Shown here piece after piece: positions 28,556 to 38,384 of a stretch of 64,000 nt of DNA (within the stretch, counting starts at the first letter, position 1; every line of letters begins with the position of its first letter). Source of the DNA: Marispirochaeta sp. (GTDB lineage Bacteria > Spirochaetota > Spirochaetia > JC444 > Marispirochaetaceae). The notes under the pieces were generated by a model that was not told the DNA's origin, searched no databases, and worked only from the letters and a program-made list of their open reading frames with translations. The stretch is from the NCBI GenBank assembly GCA_963676835.2, contig CAXXFF010000002.1, forward strand, positions 288,001 to 352,000, in the 5' to 3' direction. A program made the translations under genes and the position numbers.

Positions 28556-30379
28556 CTACTCCACCGTAACGCTCTTGGCCAGGTTCCGGGGCTGATCAAC
28601 ATCCCTGCCCAGCTTCAAGGCAATGTAATAAGCAAAAAGCTGAAGGGGAACCACCATAACATAGGGGTAAAAAAGCGCATCTGTTTTGGGCACAAAAATT
28701 GTATCATCAGCAATGTCGGCAACTTCCGTATCGCCCTCAACAGCCAGAGCAATCACTTTACCTTTCCGTGCTTTAACCTCTTTGATATTGGAAATGATCT
28801 TCTCCCTCAGGTGATCATCGGGAACAATAAAGAGCGATGGGGTTTCCTCGTTTATCAATGCTATAGGACCATGTTTAATCTCAGCGGAGCTGTAGCCTTC
28901 TGCATGGATATACGAGATCTCCTTGAGCTTCAAAGCACCTTCAAGGGCAACCGGATAGTTGATTCCCCGGCCCAGGAACAGGAAGTTTTTCGCATCCGCA
29001 TACTTCTCCGCAACCTTTCGGATACCTTCCGCATTTGCAAGAACCTGACTGATTTTTCCCGGAACACTCTCCAGAGCCTCCATAAACTCAAGCCCCTGCT
29101 CCCAGGACATATGCTTCATTCTGCCCATAAGCAGAGTAAAAAGGTAGAAAACCGTAATCTGACTGGTAAAGGCCTTGGTGGATGCCACGGCTATCTCCGG
29201 GCCGGAGTGAATATAGGTTCCCCCGTCGGACTCCCGGGCTATGGTGGAACCCACCACATTACAAACACCAAGTACCTTGCCGCCCTTCCGCTGCAGCTCA
29301 CGCATGGCAAAAAGGGTATCAATAGTTTCTCCCGACTGGGATACCGCGAAATGGAGAGAGTTCTTCTCCACTATGGGGTTCCGGTAGCGGATTTCCGATG
29401 AAAGCTCCGCTGTCGAGGGAATTCGGGCAACACTTTCCATCAGATAGGCGCCTACCAGTCCTGCATAAAACGAGGTCCCGGCGGCAATGATCTTTATCCG
29501 CTCCAGAGTCAGCAGTTCGTTGGGAAGAAGATTAAGCCCGCCAAGGTGAGCAGTTCCTGCTTCCCGGTTCAAGCGTCCCTGAAAAGCCCGGGTTACCGAT
29601 TCTGCCTGCTCCCGAATCTCCTTCTCCATATAGTGGGTGAAGCCGTCTTTTTCGATCTGATCCAGTTCCCAGGAAATAGTATCAATACGTTTCTGGATTT
29701 CCCTGTTGCCGGAGTCAACAATTTTGAATCCATCGGCATCGATAAGCACAACTTCGCCGTCTTCGAGATAGACCGCCTGTTTTGTATAAGCCAGTACCGC
29801 AGTGGTATCGGAAGCGAGGAACATCTCGTCCTCACCGACACCGAGAACAAGGGGAGAGCCGTTACGGGCACCGATTATTTTCCCCGGCTCATCGGCGTGA
29901 ATACAGACAATCCCGTAGGTTCCCTTTAAAAGGGGAAGTGAAGCCTGTACAGCCGCTGCAAGATCACCGGAGTAGTTATAGGCAACAAGATGGGCGATAA
30001 CCTCAGAGTCTGTTTCGGTTTTAAATACATAGCCTTCTTTTTCCAGCATCTCTTTCAAAGAAAGATAATTTTCAATAATACCGTTATGACAAATGGCAAT
30101 CTTTCCGGACGGATCGGTATGGGGATGGGCATTGATTTCGGTCACGCCGCCATGGGTCGCCCAGCGGGTATGTCCAATACCGCAGCTTCCGGTAAGCCCT
30201 TTCGGGACAGCCGCACTTAAAACCCGGATCTTACCCGGTCTCTTTACCAGAGTAATAGCCCCTGCGTTTTCAACTGCGATTCCCGCGGAATCATACCCCC
30301 GGTACTCAAGTCTGCGAAGTCCCTGAAGAAGAACCTCTGAAGAGACCCGACGGCCTACATAGCCTACTATTCCACACAT
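28556..30379 (-). CDS. glmS: Glutamine--fructose-6-phosphate aminotransferase
   Basis: MCGIVG, GHTRWATHG, SQSGET, PRNLAKSVTVE. Confidence 0.98.
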   Translation of the reverse strand: MCGIVGYVGRRVSSEVLLQGLRRLEYRGYDSAGIAVENAGAITLVKRPGKIRVLSAAVPKGLTGSCGIGHTRWATHGGVTEINAHPHTDPSGKIAICHNGIIENYLSLKEMLEKEGYVFKTETDSEVIAHLVAYNYSGDLAAAVQASLPLLKGTYGIVCIHADEPGKIIGARNGSPLVLGVGEDEMFLASDTTAVLAYTKQAVYLEDGEVVLIDADGFKIVDSGNREIQKRIDTISWELDQIEKDGFTHYMEKEIREQAESVTRAFQGRLNREAGTAHLGGLNLLPNELLTLERIKIIAAGTSFYAGLVGAYLMESVARIPSTAELSSEIRYRNPIVEKNSLHFAVSQSGETIDTLFAMRELQRKGGKVLGVCNVVGSTIARESDGGTYIHSGPEIAVASTKAFTSQITVFYLFTLLMGRMKHMSWEQGLEFMEALESVPGKISQVLANAEGIRKVAEKYADAKNFLFLGRGINYPVALEGALKLKEISYIHAEGYSSAEIKHGPIALINEETPSLFIVPDDHLREKIISNIKEVKARKGKVIALAVEGDTEVADIADDTIFVPKTDALFYPYVMVVPLQLFAYYIALKLGRDVDQPRNLAKSVTVE

Positions 30380-30445
30380 ATTTATATCCTCGAAGGGTAA
30401 GATTTTACGTCTGAAGGTATCACAGACAGCAAGGAAAAACCACCA

Positions 30446-31072
30446 TTAACCGGCGGAGGCGCTTTCTGCCAGGGCATACAGCTTGTCTTTGTTTTTCAGC
30501 GTCATCAGGCTGCTTTCGGTCTTAACAATTCCCTGCTCAGCAAGCTTTTCAATATACTTCAGCACGGCCTCCTGAGGCAGCTCCAGATTGAGGCTTATTT
30601 CACGGGACAGTTTGTGATATTCCAGACGGGCCTGTTCAAACCCGTTTTCAGCAAAGGCATAATAGATATTCAGGGCGATCAGACCCTTTTTGTTCTGTTT
30701 AACCAGGTGCTGTATCTGGTTATTGGTATGCTGAAGCCGGCGGCAGAGCTTATCTATAACATTAAGCGCTATCCGGGCATTCTTTTCGATCATACCCAGA
30801 AATCCCTCACGGTTGAATGCCAACAGGCGTACGGTGCCGACGGCAGTTGCAGTGGCGGTACGTTCAACCTGATTCACTATAGCCATTTCACCGAAGAAAT
30901 CCCCTTTCCCCAGCACGGCGAGGATATGCTCCTTCCCGCCGATCATTTTACTGATCCGTATATTACCTTCCTGAATAATATACATTTTATCTCCGGGCTC
31001 CCCTTCCTGGAAAAGAATCTTCCCGGAGTCCACCATAAGGCCGTATTTATCATAAAGTCTGTTATCTTCCAT
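30446..31072 (-). CDS. Crp/Fnr family cyclic-nucleotide-binding regulator
   Basis: LFQEGEPGDKMYII, GDFFGEMA, RTATA; C-terminal HTH-like region. Confidence 0.85.
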   Translation of the reverse strand: MEDNRLYDKYGLMVDSGKILFQEGEPGDKMYIIQEGNIRISKMIGGKEHILAVLGKGDFFGEMAIVNQVERTATATAVGTVRLLAFNREGFLGMIEKNARIALNVIDKLCRRLQHTNNQIQHLVKQNKKGLIALNIYYAFAENGFEQARLEYHKLSREISLNLELPQEAVLKYIEKLAEQGIVKTESSLMTLKNKDKLYALAESASAG

Positions 31073-31109
31073 TAAAAATAGCTCCCGGGTAAATTTTCGG
31101 CAGAATGCT

Positions 31110-31145
31110 GAAGCAAATCCAGCTCTTTCACCGTATCAGAGTATA
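31110..31145 (+). promoter_or_regulatory. Shared motif GAAGCA-N16-CGTATC-N4-TATA (putative alternative-sigma promoter)
   Basis: Same bipartite motif as upstream of ssb, the rpn genes and the coiled-coil array. Confidence 0.45.
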
Positions 31146-31165
31146 TAAAACAGAAGGAGCTTTCA

Positions 31166-32203
31166 ATGACACAGTTACGTCTGCTTGTTATTATTCCCCT
31201 GATATTCCTCACTACCTGCTGCACTCCCCTTATTGATTTGGCGGAGACCGGGAAGACCTTCGGAGTTACCGGTGCAGACCTTAATCCACCGGTATTAGGC
31301 CCGGCAGGCGCGGTTGACGCCTACACCTTCAGCCTCAGTTTCAATGAAGACCTTGGAGCATTCCATCTGGAAAATATCTCCCCGGTTATGGAAAACCCGC
31401 AGGTAACATTCGACGGCCCGGATGTTACAATCTATTCAGCCACGGCTCAGGCTCCAGGAATTGAATATTCCCTGGATATACGGGCCACCGACAGTGCAGG
31501 CAACTCACAACAGCTGATTGTGCGCTGCTACGGCTACAATCCCGATATTCCCGGACTGCTGATTAATGAGTTCACCTGTCAGGGCAGCAGTACCCACCCG
31601 GATATGGTGGAACTCAAAGTCAGCGAAGACGGCAACCTGGCCGGTCTGGCGGTTGTTGAGGGCACTGATACAAACTGGGACCAGCGCATAATCCTGCCGG
31701 AATGTGAAGTTGCTGCAGGAGATTATATTCTTATCCATTTCAAGCCTCAGGGTATCCCGGAGGAAATCGACGAGACAGCTGCAGTTGATGCCTCGGAAGG
31801 CCTTGACAGCAACCCGGAGGCCAGGGATTTCTGGGTCCCCGAAGGCAGCGGGCTGTCGGGAAACAACGGAGTAATTACGGTGTATACAAACCCCTGCGGC
31901 ACTCTTATCGACGCGGTTGTCTATTCGAACAGAACATCCTCATCGGATACAGACTACAGGGGTTTCGGCAGCAGCAGTATGCTGAATAAGGTGGATACCG
32001 TGGCGGAAGAGGGAGGATGGATTGGAGAGGAAGGGATCCTCAGACCGGAAGATGCGGTAGACCCGGAAGACTCCACCGCTACCAGGTCGATCTGCAGAAG
32101 CTCTGCATCGTCAGATACAGGCAGCAGTGCCGACTGGCACATTGTACCAACCAGCACTGCCAGCTTTGGAGAAATTAACAGTGATGAAGTGTATAGCCCA
32201 TAA
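31166..32203 (+). CDS. Lipoprotein with Ig-like and lamin-tail-like domain
   Basis: Lipobox TTCC; LLINEF...PDMVEL, GLSGNNGVI, IDAVVY. Confidence 0.65.
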   Translation: MTQLRLLVIIPLIFLTTCCTPLIDLAETGKTFGVTGADLNPPVLGPAGAVDAYTFSLSFNEDLGAFHLENISPVMENPQVTFDGPDVTIYSATAQAPGIEYSLDIRATDSAGNSQQLIVRCYGYNPDIPGLLINEFTCQGSSTHPDMVELKVSEDGNLAGLAVVEGTDTNWDQRIILPECEVAAGDYILIHFKPQGIPEEIDETAAVDASEGLDSNPEARDFWVPEGSGLSGNNGVITVYTNPCGTLIDAVVYSNRTSSSDTDYRGFGSSSMLNKVDTVAEEGGWIGEEGILRPEDAVDPEDSTATRSICRSSASSDTGSSADWHIVPTSTASFGEINSDEVYSP

Positions 32204-32208
32204 GGGCA

Positions 32209-32532
32209 TTAGAGAAAGGGTGTAAAAAGATCTACAATAGCCTGTTTAGAACCCGCACCAACCTGCTGCTTAACAACTTCTCCGCCATTGAATATCATCA
32301 AAGTCGGAATGCTTATAATGTTATACTGCTGAGCAAGGTCACCCACTTCGTCAACGTTAACCTTGGCAACCTTGACCTTGCCTGCATACTCTGTAGATAT
32401 TTCTTCAAGCACCGGAGCTATCATCCGGCAGGGCACACACCACTCCGCCCAGAAATCTACGATGACAGGGATATCTGATTTGAGGACCTCCGCCTCAAAA
32501 TTAGCTGCAGTAATTGTTACTTCGTTGCTCAT
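32209..32532 (-). CDS. trxA: Thioredoxin
   Basis: VDFWAEWCVPCRMIAP, SIPTL. Confidence 0.95.
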   Translation of the reverse strand: MSNEVTITAANFEAEVLKSDIPVIVDFWAEWCVPCRMIAPVLEEISTEYAGKVKVAKVNVDEVGDLAQQYNIISIPTLMIFNGGEVVKQQVGAGSKQAIVDLFTPFL

Positions 32533-32550
32533 GGTTCCTCCCGATAAGGA

Positions 32551-33333
32551 TTATTTCTGAATCTTGAAATCATTCAAGCGAAAATCGTTGATAACAGTAT
32601 GCACATATTGGATCATCTTTTCCAGATAATTACGGTCTTTCACCGAGAGAATCTCGTTGCCATGCATTTTTTTTATTTCGTCCAGAAGCTCATGCAGCAG
32701 ATGGCCGGAATCCACCAGAAATCGCTGCTCCTCCCGTTCTATCTCCCGGACATTGCGGGGAAAACGGTCAAACATTCCGGAATAAACTGCCAGACGGGGA
32801 GAAACGCCGCCTTTGGCATCGCTCCAGAGATCAAAAATACGGGATTCAAGCACCACCCGGGGGCCGGAATAGAGGGTAGGGGATACTTCCCGCATACAGC
32901 GTTCAACATCCGGCCAGTGAAGACGCTCAAACTCGTTCATTGCCCCGAAAAGCTTTGTCACCTCATAGGATGCTTCAGCGTGGATCTTCCGCTCAGGATA
33001 TCCGGCAATCTTTTCCCTGTTCTGCAGAATAATACGGTCAGCAAAACTCTGAGTCGGCCTGGCTTTCTTCGCTGCGGTTCGGTCAATAGCTTTATTTGTC
33101 TCCCTGCCTGCCTTTTCCTCTTCCTTTTTGCGGAGCTGCTGAATTGTTACCATCTCCGCGTGCAGAAAAGAGGCCATATCAAAGCGGGCTTTCATTGCAC
33201 CGAAATAACGATCTTCAAAATCATTTTTCAATTTTCCCGACTTCATGAACTGTACAATGTAATGGTCGTATTCCTTGAGAATACGATCCCGTGCCTGTTC
33301 TATTTCATCAAAACTTAGCTTACTCTTCTTCAT
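32551..33333 (-). CDS. Hypothetical protein (overlaps trpA stop)
   Basis: 260-aa ORF coupled to trpA and trxA. Confidence 0.7.
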   Translation of the reverse strand: MKKSKLSFDEIEQARDRILKEYDHYIVQFMKSGKLKNDFEDRYFGAMKARFDMASFLHAEMVTIQQLRKKEEEKAGRETNKAIDRTAAKKARPTQSFADRIILQNREKIAGYPERKIHAEASYEVTKLFGAMNEFERLHWPDVERCMREVSPTLYSGPRVVLESRIFDLWSDAKGGVSPRLAVYSGMFDRFPRNVREIEREEQRFLVDSGHLLHELLDEIKKMHGNEILSVKDRNYLEKMIQYVHTVINDFRLNDFKIQK

Positions 33334-34081
33334 TCTTACATAACCGTCTGGTAAAGTCTCTTATCTCTTTATAGACTCTATCGGCATTACCATCAACGGT
33401 TTGAGCAATAAGATTCACCAGAGCGGACCCCACAACCGGGGCATGAACATGAGCTTCCAGAAGGGCAATTTGTTCCTCTGTGCGGATTCCAAATCCTGCA
33501 AAGATATCCATTTCGGTTTTTTTCAGCTTCTCCAGAAAAGCAATCAGCTCTTCCGAGATTTCTGTCTGCCTTCCGGTTATCCCCTGTCGGAGAGCAGTAT
33601 AGACCCATGGTTCACCCAGGGCGGATATTTCATTCAGCCGCTGTTCTGATACAGTAGGGACCACAACAGGAACGATAGGCATATCGAGCTTCTTTCCTGC
33701 AGCATACAGTCCATCATCACTGCCGGCCACAAGGTCCGGAACAATCAGCCCCCGAACCCCGGCATCCTTTGCCCGCTGAATAAAGGCCTCAATGCCAATT
33801 ACCACCACAGGGTTGGCATAGGTCATAATAAAAACCGGGACGTCCGATAGGGCTGAAATCTTTGCTGCAAGCTCAAAACCGCCGTTAAGGGTAAAACCTG
33901 CTTCCAGTGCTTTACTGCAGGCGGCCTGTATAACCGGCCCGTCGGCGGTGGGATCGGAAAATGGAAACTGAAGCTCTATGTAGGAAGCTCCACCATCGAC
34001 AAGACCTTTTGCAACATTCAGACTGGTCTCGCTATCCGGGTACCAGGCTATCATGTGGGTCATTACTCTGTGCTTACTCAT
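33320..34081 (-). CDS. trpA: Tryptophan synthase alpha chain
   Basis: IELQFPFSDPTADGPVIQ, IVPDL, GITG, AGFGI, VVGSA; ATG 34081 overlaps the end of trpB. Confidence 0.95.
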   Translation of the reverse strand: MSKHRVMTHMIAWYPDSETSLNVAKGLVDGGASYIELQFPFSDPTADGPVIQAACSKALEAGFTLNGGFELAAKISALSDVPVFIMTYANPVVVIGIEAFIQRAKDAGVRGLIVPDLVAGSDDGLYAAGKKLDMPIVPVVVPTVSEQRLNEISALGEPWVYTALRQGITGRQTEISEELIAFLEKLKKTEMDIFAGFGIRTEEQIALLEAHVHAPVVGSALVNLIAQTVDGNADRVYKEIRDFTRRLCKNEEE

Positions 34082-35297
34082 TTCCTTCTGCCTCCATGGC
34101 AAGAAATTCTCTCCACTTGTCTCCATCCAGTGCCTGGGCGGAGATAAACAGATCTTTATCTCCCCGGCCGGACATATTTACGATTACTGCTTTTTCAGGC
34201 GGCAGCTTTGCCGCCTGCTTCATAACCTCCGCCCCGGCATGGGCTGATTCAAGAGCAAAGATAACCCCTTCATTGCGGGCGAATGCCCTTACCGCATCAA
34301 GGGCTTCGCTGTCTGTGGCTGAGGTAAATTCAACCCTTCCACTTTGTCCAAGATGAGCCAGTTCAGGACCAATACCAGGGTAATCCAGCCCGGCAGATAT
34401 GGAATGGGTATGCAGAACCTGTCCGTCGGCATCAGTCAGAAACAGACTTTTATACCCCTGAATAATCCCCTCTCTGGAACCGGTACCGTTCATTCTGGCA
34501 GCATGTTCTCCGCTTTCAAGGCCCCGGCCTCCGGCTTCAACACCGACCAATCTGGGGTGCTTTTCTTCGATAAACGGAGCAAAAAATCCTATTGAGTTTG
34601 AACCGCCGCCGACACAGGCAACCAGAGCATCAACGTCAAGATCACGCGCTTCTATCTGTTCCAGGGTTTCAGTACCAATAACGGACTGAAATTCCTTCAC
34701 CATCTGAGGATAGGGATGCGGTCCGAGGGCACTGCCGATCAGGTAATGGGTGTCCTGAAAGTTTTCCGCCCAGTCCCGCAATGCCTCATTTACCGCATCC
34801 TTCAACGTTCTGGAACCGGAAGAGACAGGGACAACCTTTGCACCGAAGAGTTCCATCCAGAAGACATTGGGCCTCTGACGGCGGATATCCACCTCACCCA
34901 TATAGACGGTACATTCAAAACCCAGTTTTGCGCATACTGCAGCGGTAGCCACACCATGCTGCCCGGCTCCTGTTTCCGCAATAATCCGCGTTTTACCCAT
35001 CTTCCGGGTGAGCAGAGCCTGACCAAGTGCATTGTTTATCTTGTGAGCTCCGGTATGAGCCAGCCCTTCCATTTTCACATAGATCTGGGCTCCGCCGATC
35101 TCCCGGCTCAGGTTGGCTGCATGCATCATAGGTGTCGGCCGGCCGATAAATTCGGCGGCATAGCGGTCAAATTCCTGCCGGAATCCGGGATCATCCTTCC
35201 AGCGATTGAAAGCTGCTTCAAGCTCTTCCACAGGCTGTTTCAGGACCTCAGCCACGTAGCGGCCGCCGAAACCTCCGTAGTACCCTTTATTCGACAT
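34074..35297 (-). CDS. trpB: Tryptophan synthase beta chain
   Basis: HTGAHKINN, AETGAGQHG, VGGGSN, SAGLDYPGIGPE, SGRGDKD. Confidence 0.98.
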   Translation of the reverse strand: MSNKGYYGGFGGRYVAEVLKQPVEELEAAFNRWKDDPGFRQEFDRYAAEFIGRPTPMMHAANLSREIGGAQIYVKMEGLAHTGAHKINNALGQALLTRKMGKTRIIAETGAGQHGVATAAVCAKLGFECTVYMGEVDIRRQRPNVFWMELFGAKVVPVSSGSRTLKDAVNEALRDWAENFQDTHYLIGSALGPHPYPQMVKEFQSVIGTETLEQIEARDLDVDALVACVGGGSNSIGFFAPFIEEKHPRLVGVEAGGRGLESGEHAARMNGTGSREGIIQGYKSLFLTDADGQVLHTHSISAGLDYPGIGPELAHLGQSGRVEFTSATDSEALDAVRAFARNEGVIFALESAHAGAEVMKQAAKLPPEKAVIVNMSGRGDKDLFISAQALDGDKWREFLAMEAEGNE

Positions 35298-35309
35298 ATC
35301 TATACTCCG

Positions 35310-36746
35310 TTACTGATTATCAAGAGCCTCAAACAGGCTCTTCAGCTTATGATGATCTTTTTTACCAGGGGATTTCTCAACACCCGAGGAGAGATCGATT
35401 AACTCCGGATGGAGATCTTTCACAATTTCTGCCGCATTTTCCGCATCTATTCCGCCGGCAAGCCAGAGAGGTTTCGTTTCGGAAGCTTTCCGGGCCAGTT
35501 GCCGGTCTACCTGCTGCCCCGACCCTCCCCGAACTCCGGGCACCCGGGCATCAAGCAGAACCCGGGGAGAGCGGAACTTTCCAGCCTCCTCCAGATCAGC
35601 CTCAGTTCCGGCCCGTACCGCCTTATAGTAGGGAAAGGCCAGGCGGCTGCAGGCATCAGGTAATTCATCACCATGAAACTGCACCGCATCGAGAAGGCCG
35701 TCACCAAGGAGAGATTTCACCTCTTCAGGAAAGCTCCCTCCCTGCTCGTCTGTTACGACTACAGCGACTTTCAATGCTTTAATATCTTTCAGGCCTCGAA
35801 GAAGCTCAATGCTGGCCCTGCGGGGGGATTCAGCAAAAACAAAACCCAGAATATCCGCCCCGAGACTTTCGGCATAGAGAGCATCCTCTGCACAGGTAAT
35901 CCCGCAGATCTTTACCAGGGGCCGCCCTGGATGACCGCTCCGCTTTTCCACCAGTCGGCGCCAGAATGCAAGGTCTGAACTTTCTGCATCTGCCGCAGAA
36001 ACCAGTTCATCCAGGCGCTCAGGATAACGGACCACCGTCTCTCCAATGAGAGCTCCGGAAAAGCCGGATGAGAGTACAAGACGGATATCTTCCCCGAAAG
36101 AAATGCCGGATTCAAACACAAGCCGGGTCTTCCACCTTATCATCCCCGCAATGCCCAACGGCAGAAGCAGGTCGGTTTTGAATGTTGTGAGATCCCTGCA
36201 GTTTATTCCGGTGAGCTCCGGCTTAAACCGCTCCGCCTTTTCTACATCCTCTCGTGTATGCACCTCAACCAATGGCTGCAGTCCAAGTTCCTTACAGCGT
36301 CCATACAGTTTCTCCAGGGTAATAGCATCCAGAAGAGCTGCAATCAGCAGAACAGCGTCCGCCCCGGCCCGGTAGCTAATTTCCAGATCCTCTTCATCGA
36401 GGATAAACTCTTTGCGCAGGATTGCCGCCTGAGGATATGCGGCCTTGATCTGCATAAGATCATTCAGTGAACCATGAAAATGATCCTCTTCTGTCAGGAC
36501 AGAGATCGACCGCACTCCTGCATCGATATATCTTCCCGCCTGTTCAACCGGATCAAGTCCGCCGCTGATAATCCCCTTTGAGGGGGATCCCCGTTTTATT
36601 TCGCAGATCAGGGGAGGATCAGGCAGGAAAGGCACCAGGGGCGCAATTCGTTTTTCAGGAATATTTACCCCCAGAGCATGTCCTTCTGAGTCGATTCTTT
36701 TTTTCCGCTGTTCTGCAATCTGCTGCAGAATATTTCCGCTTTTCAT
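35310..36746 (-). CDS. trpCF: Bifunctional IGP synthase / PRA isomerase
   Basis: EIKRGSPSKG, SVLTE, LRKEFI, then VKICGIT, VQFHGDE, LAGGI, DLSSGVE. Confidence 0.93.
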   Translation of the reverse strand: MKSGNILQQIAEQRKKRIDSEGHALGVNIPEKRIAPLVPFLPDPPLICEIKRGSPSKGIISGGLDPVEQAGRYIDAGVRSISVLTEEDHFHGSLNDLMQIKAAYPQAAILRKEFILDEEDLEISYRAGADAVLLIAALLDAITLEKLYGRCKELGLQPLVEVHTREDVEKAERFKPELTGINCRDLTTFKTDLLLPLGIAGMIRWKTRLVFESGISFGEDIRLVLSSGFSGALIGETVVRYPERLDELVSAADAESSDLAFWRRLVEKRSGHPGRPLVKICGITCAEDALYAESLGADILGFVFAESPRRASIELLRGLKDIKALKVAVVVTDEQGGSFPEEVKSLLGDGLLDAVQFHGDELPDACSRLAFPYYKAVRAGTEADLEEAGKFRSPRVLLDARVPGVRGGSGQQVDRQLARKASETKPLWLAGGIDAENAAEIVKDLHPELIDLSSGVEKSPGKKDHHKLKSLFEALDNQ

Positions 36747-38335
36747 GCCTGAGAAGCCGTCCTGACTGCATCAAGTTTGCTCTGCACCAGTCCGTCATCC
36801 AGAGCCTTTACCGCAAGTTCATACCCATCTGCCAGGGTTTTCACTTTACCGGCAACAACGAGGGCAGCGCCGGCATTAAGGCAGACAGCAGCCTTTATGG
36901 CAGGATTTCCACCTCCGGAAAGTATCTCCCGGGCCATGGCTGCATTCTCTTCTCCTTCACCGCCCTTCAGATCATCAAGACTGTATTTTGGAATACCCAG
37001 TGTTGCAGGATCAAACTCTTCACTTACAAGATCCTCACCCTCGGCAAAATGAACAATTCTGGAAGGTCCGGTGACGGTAATCTCATCAAGTCCGTCGGAA
37101 CCGTGAACAATCATTCCCCGCTTTATTCCCAGCAGCATGGCCGCCCGGGCCATGAGCTCACATTTTTCAGCATCAAAGACCCCGATAAGCTGATACTCTG
37201 CTCCGGCAGGATTAGCCAGAGGCCCAAGCATGTTCATAATAGTTTTAAAGCCCAGCTCCCTGCGCACAGGCGCTGCATGCCGCATTGCTCCATGGAATTT
37301 CGGAGCAAAGAGAAAAGCAAACTCCTGTTCGTTGATCATGCGTTCCGCAACGGCTGCATCTATATCGATATTGATGCCCAGAGCTTTGTAGAAGTCGGCG
37401 CTGCCGCTTTTTGAACTGATAGCCCGGTTACCATGTTTGGCTACTGCAGCACCGCAGGAAGAGGCAATAAGAGCCGCCATGGAGCTGATATTAAAGGTTC
37501 CATGCCCGTCCCCTCCGGTACCGCAGGTGTCCAGTACCGGCTGGTCTGTTTTTACCGGAACCCGTTTCTCCTGCAGAACCCGGGCACATCCGGCGACCTC
37601 TTCAGGGGTAATACCCTTTGCATTGAGGGCAGTTAAAAACGCAGCAAGCTTGGCAGGAGGCACACTTCCTTCCGTAACTTCACGCATAAAGCCTGAAGCC
37701 TCGTTTAAAGATAGATCCTCTCCGTCAATCACCCGCAGTAGATTTTTCTGCAGCGGATAGGGTTCCCGCCGGTATTCAAGAAAGTTGGCAAGCAGCTTTT
37801 TACCCTCTTCCGAAGCAATGGATTCCGGATGAAACTGAACACCCTCGATATCATATTCCTTATGCCTTATTCCCATAATCTCACCATCATCCGTCCTTGC
37901 ACTTACCTCAAGGACATCCGGAAGGGAGCTCTCTTCAACCGCCAGGGAGTGGTACCGGGTAAATACCGAGCGGGGCTGCAGATTTCTAAACAAGCCGCGG
38001 CCGTCATTACTGACCTCCTGGGTTTTACCGTGAACAATATGCCCGGCCTGTACGATATTGGCTCCGAATGCTTCCCCGATAGCCTGATGACCAAGGCATA
38101 TTCCCAGAATCGGCACCTTGCCGGCAAAACGCCGGATGGCTTCGATACTTATACCCGCATCACCAGGCTTTCCGGGGCCTGGTGAAATTATCAGGCCCTT
38201 CATCGGAAGATTCTCGAGTTCATCTACTGTAATCTTGTCATTGCGGATGACCTTGACCGGAAGATGGGTCATTTCCAGAAGATACTGGTATATATTGAAG
38301 GTAAAAGAATCGTAATTATCTATCAGAACATACAT
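36743..38335 (-). CDS. trpGD: Bifunctional anthranilate synthase component II / anthranilate phosphoribosyltransferase
   Basis: IDNYDSFT, GICLGHQ, QFHPES, then DTCGTGGDG, KHGNR. Confidence 0.95.
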   Translation of the reverse strand: MYVLIDNYDSFTFNIYQYLLEMTHLPVKVIRNDKITVDELENLPMKGLIISPGPGKPGDAGISIEAIRRFAGKVPILGICLGHQAIGEAFGANIVQAGHIVHGKTQEVSNDGRGLFRNLQPRSVFTRYHSLAVEESSLPDVLEVSARTDDGEIMGIRHKEYDIEGVQFHPESIASEEGKKLLANFLEYRREPYPLQKNLLRVIDGEDLSLNEASGFMREVTEGSVPPAKLAAFLTALNAKGITPEEVAGCARVLQEKRVPVKTDQPVLDTCGTGGDGHGTFNISSMAALIASSCGAAVAKHGNRAISSKSGSADFYKALGINIDIDAAVAERMINEQEFAFLFAPKFHGAMRHAAPVRRELGFKTIMNMLGPLANPAGAEYQLIGVFDAEKCELMARAAMLLGIKRGMIVHGSDGLDEITVTGPSRIVHFAEGEDLVSEEFDPATLGIPKYSLDDLKGGEGEENAAMAREILSGGGNPAIKAAVCLNAGAALVVAGKVKTLADGYELAVKALDDGLVQSKLDAVRTASQA

Positions 38336-38384
38336 GGCAGTCTCCTTTAAATCGTGCTGTCGGGTTCGCGTTTTACCGGAAAGA

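Noticed and set aside
30380..30445. glmS ribozyme
   Set aside because: The intergenic space is only about 65 nt and shows no ribozyme core
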